NCBI GenBank assembly: GCA_951406725.2
Contig: OX597826.1
Location: 20,212,001 to 20,276,000 of the forward strand
DNA length: 64,000 bases
Origin: Octopus vulgaris
Taxonomy: Eukaryota
Reading direction: 5' to 3'
A model generated the notes under the pieces. It searched no databases. It was not told the DNA's origin and saw only the letters and a program-made list of their open reading frames with translations. Numbering within the stretch: position 1 is the stretch's first letter; the number at the start of each line of letters is the position of its first letter. Positions 63,572 through 64,000 of the stretch are shown here, in pieces. Both the position numbers and the translations under genes were made by a program.

Positions 63572-64000
63572 GTAAGTATAGCTTCCCAACCACATGGTTT
63601 CAGGTTCAGTCCCACTGTGTGGCACCTTAGGCAAGCGTCTTAAGCCTTGTGAGTGGATTTGGTAGAGGGAAACTGAAAGCAGCCTGTCATACGTATGTAT
63701 TGCTGTTTCTTTGTCTTGATAGTCGTAAATGAGCATCACCAGCATCTATGCAGTGTCTTTCATTTCCAATCTTCTGTGAAAACATGTCTGGCCATGGGGA
63801 AAAATATCATTTTACTTGAAAACAGGTGAAGTTTGGTAACAAGAAGGGCATCAAACCATAGAAAATCTATGCAACCCATGCAAGCATAAAAAAAAATGGA
63901 CATTAAAACAAGGATGATATTGGCAACCCAGACACTTATTTTGTTTCACTGAGACCGAGCAGTAGTATGTCTCTTTATCATCAATCAGTTAATTGTAAGC

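Overview
AT-rich, repeat-dense animal genomic DNA with spliced genes. The SINE families look like those of octopus (coleoid cephalopod); this is recognition from memory, not a database search. Four protein-coding genes can be reconstructed by hand. (1) The terminal catalytic exon of a DUSP23-like phosphatase (+, 15853-16062); upstream exons were not found in the window. (2) A complete 9-exon MOCS1A/MoaA radical-SAM gene (+, 25359-39309, 380 aa, ending in the GG motif). It keeps the short intron just after the stop, but no MOCS1B/MoaC cistron is visible downstream. (3) An unrecognised two-coding-exon type I membrane protein with signal peptide, small LRR-like Cys-capped domain, stalk, TM helix and short tail (-, 50548-41115, 292 aa). 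(4) The first seven coding exons of a CCDC24-like gene (+, from 58186, continuing past the window). Introns and intergenic DNA hold tRNA-derived SINEs, RTE, Penelope, HERO-like and Dong/R4-like relics, mariner/Tc1 relics, MITEs and a tRNA-Asp pseudogene. Most interesting: the apparent uncoupling of MOCS1A from MOCS1B; a 33-bp insert in an 8-bp TSD that fits a P-element excision footprint; a 457-bp palindrome of tRNA-headed elements carrying minimal hammerhead-ribozyme-like motifs; a 35-bp copy of MOCS1 exon 1 inside a nearby MITE; and several MOCS1A substitutions that A-to-I editing would revert. Exon boundaries were read manually from GT/AG sites and phase continuity; repeat boundaries are approximate.
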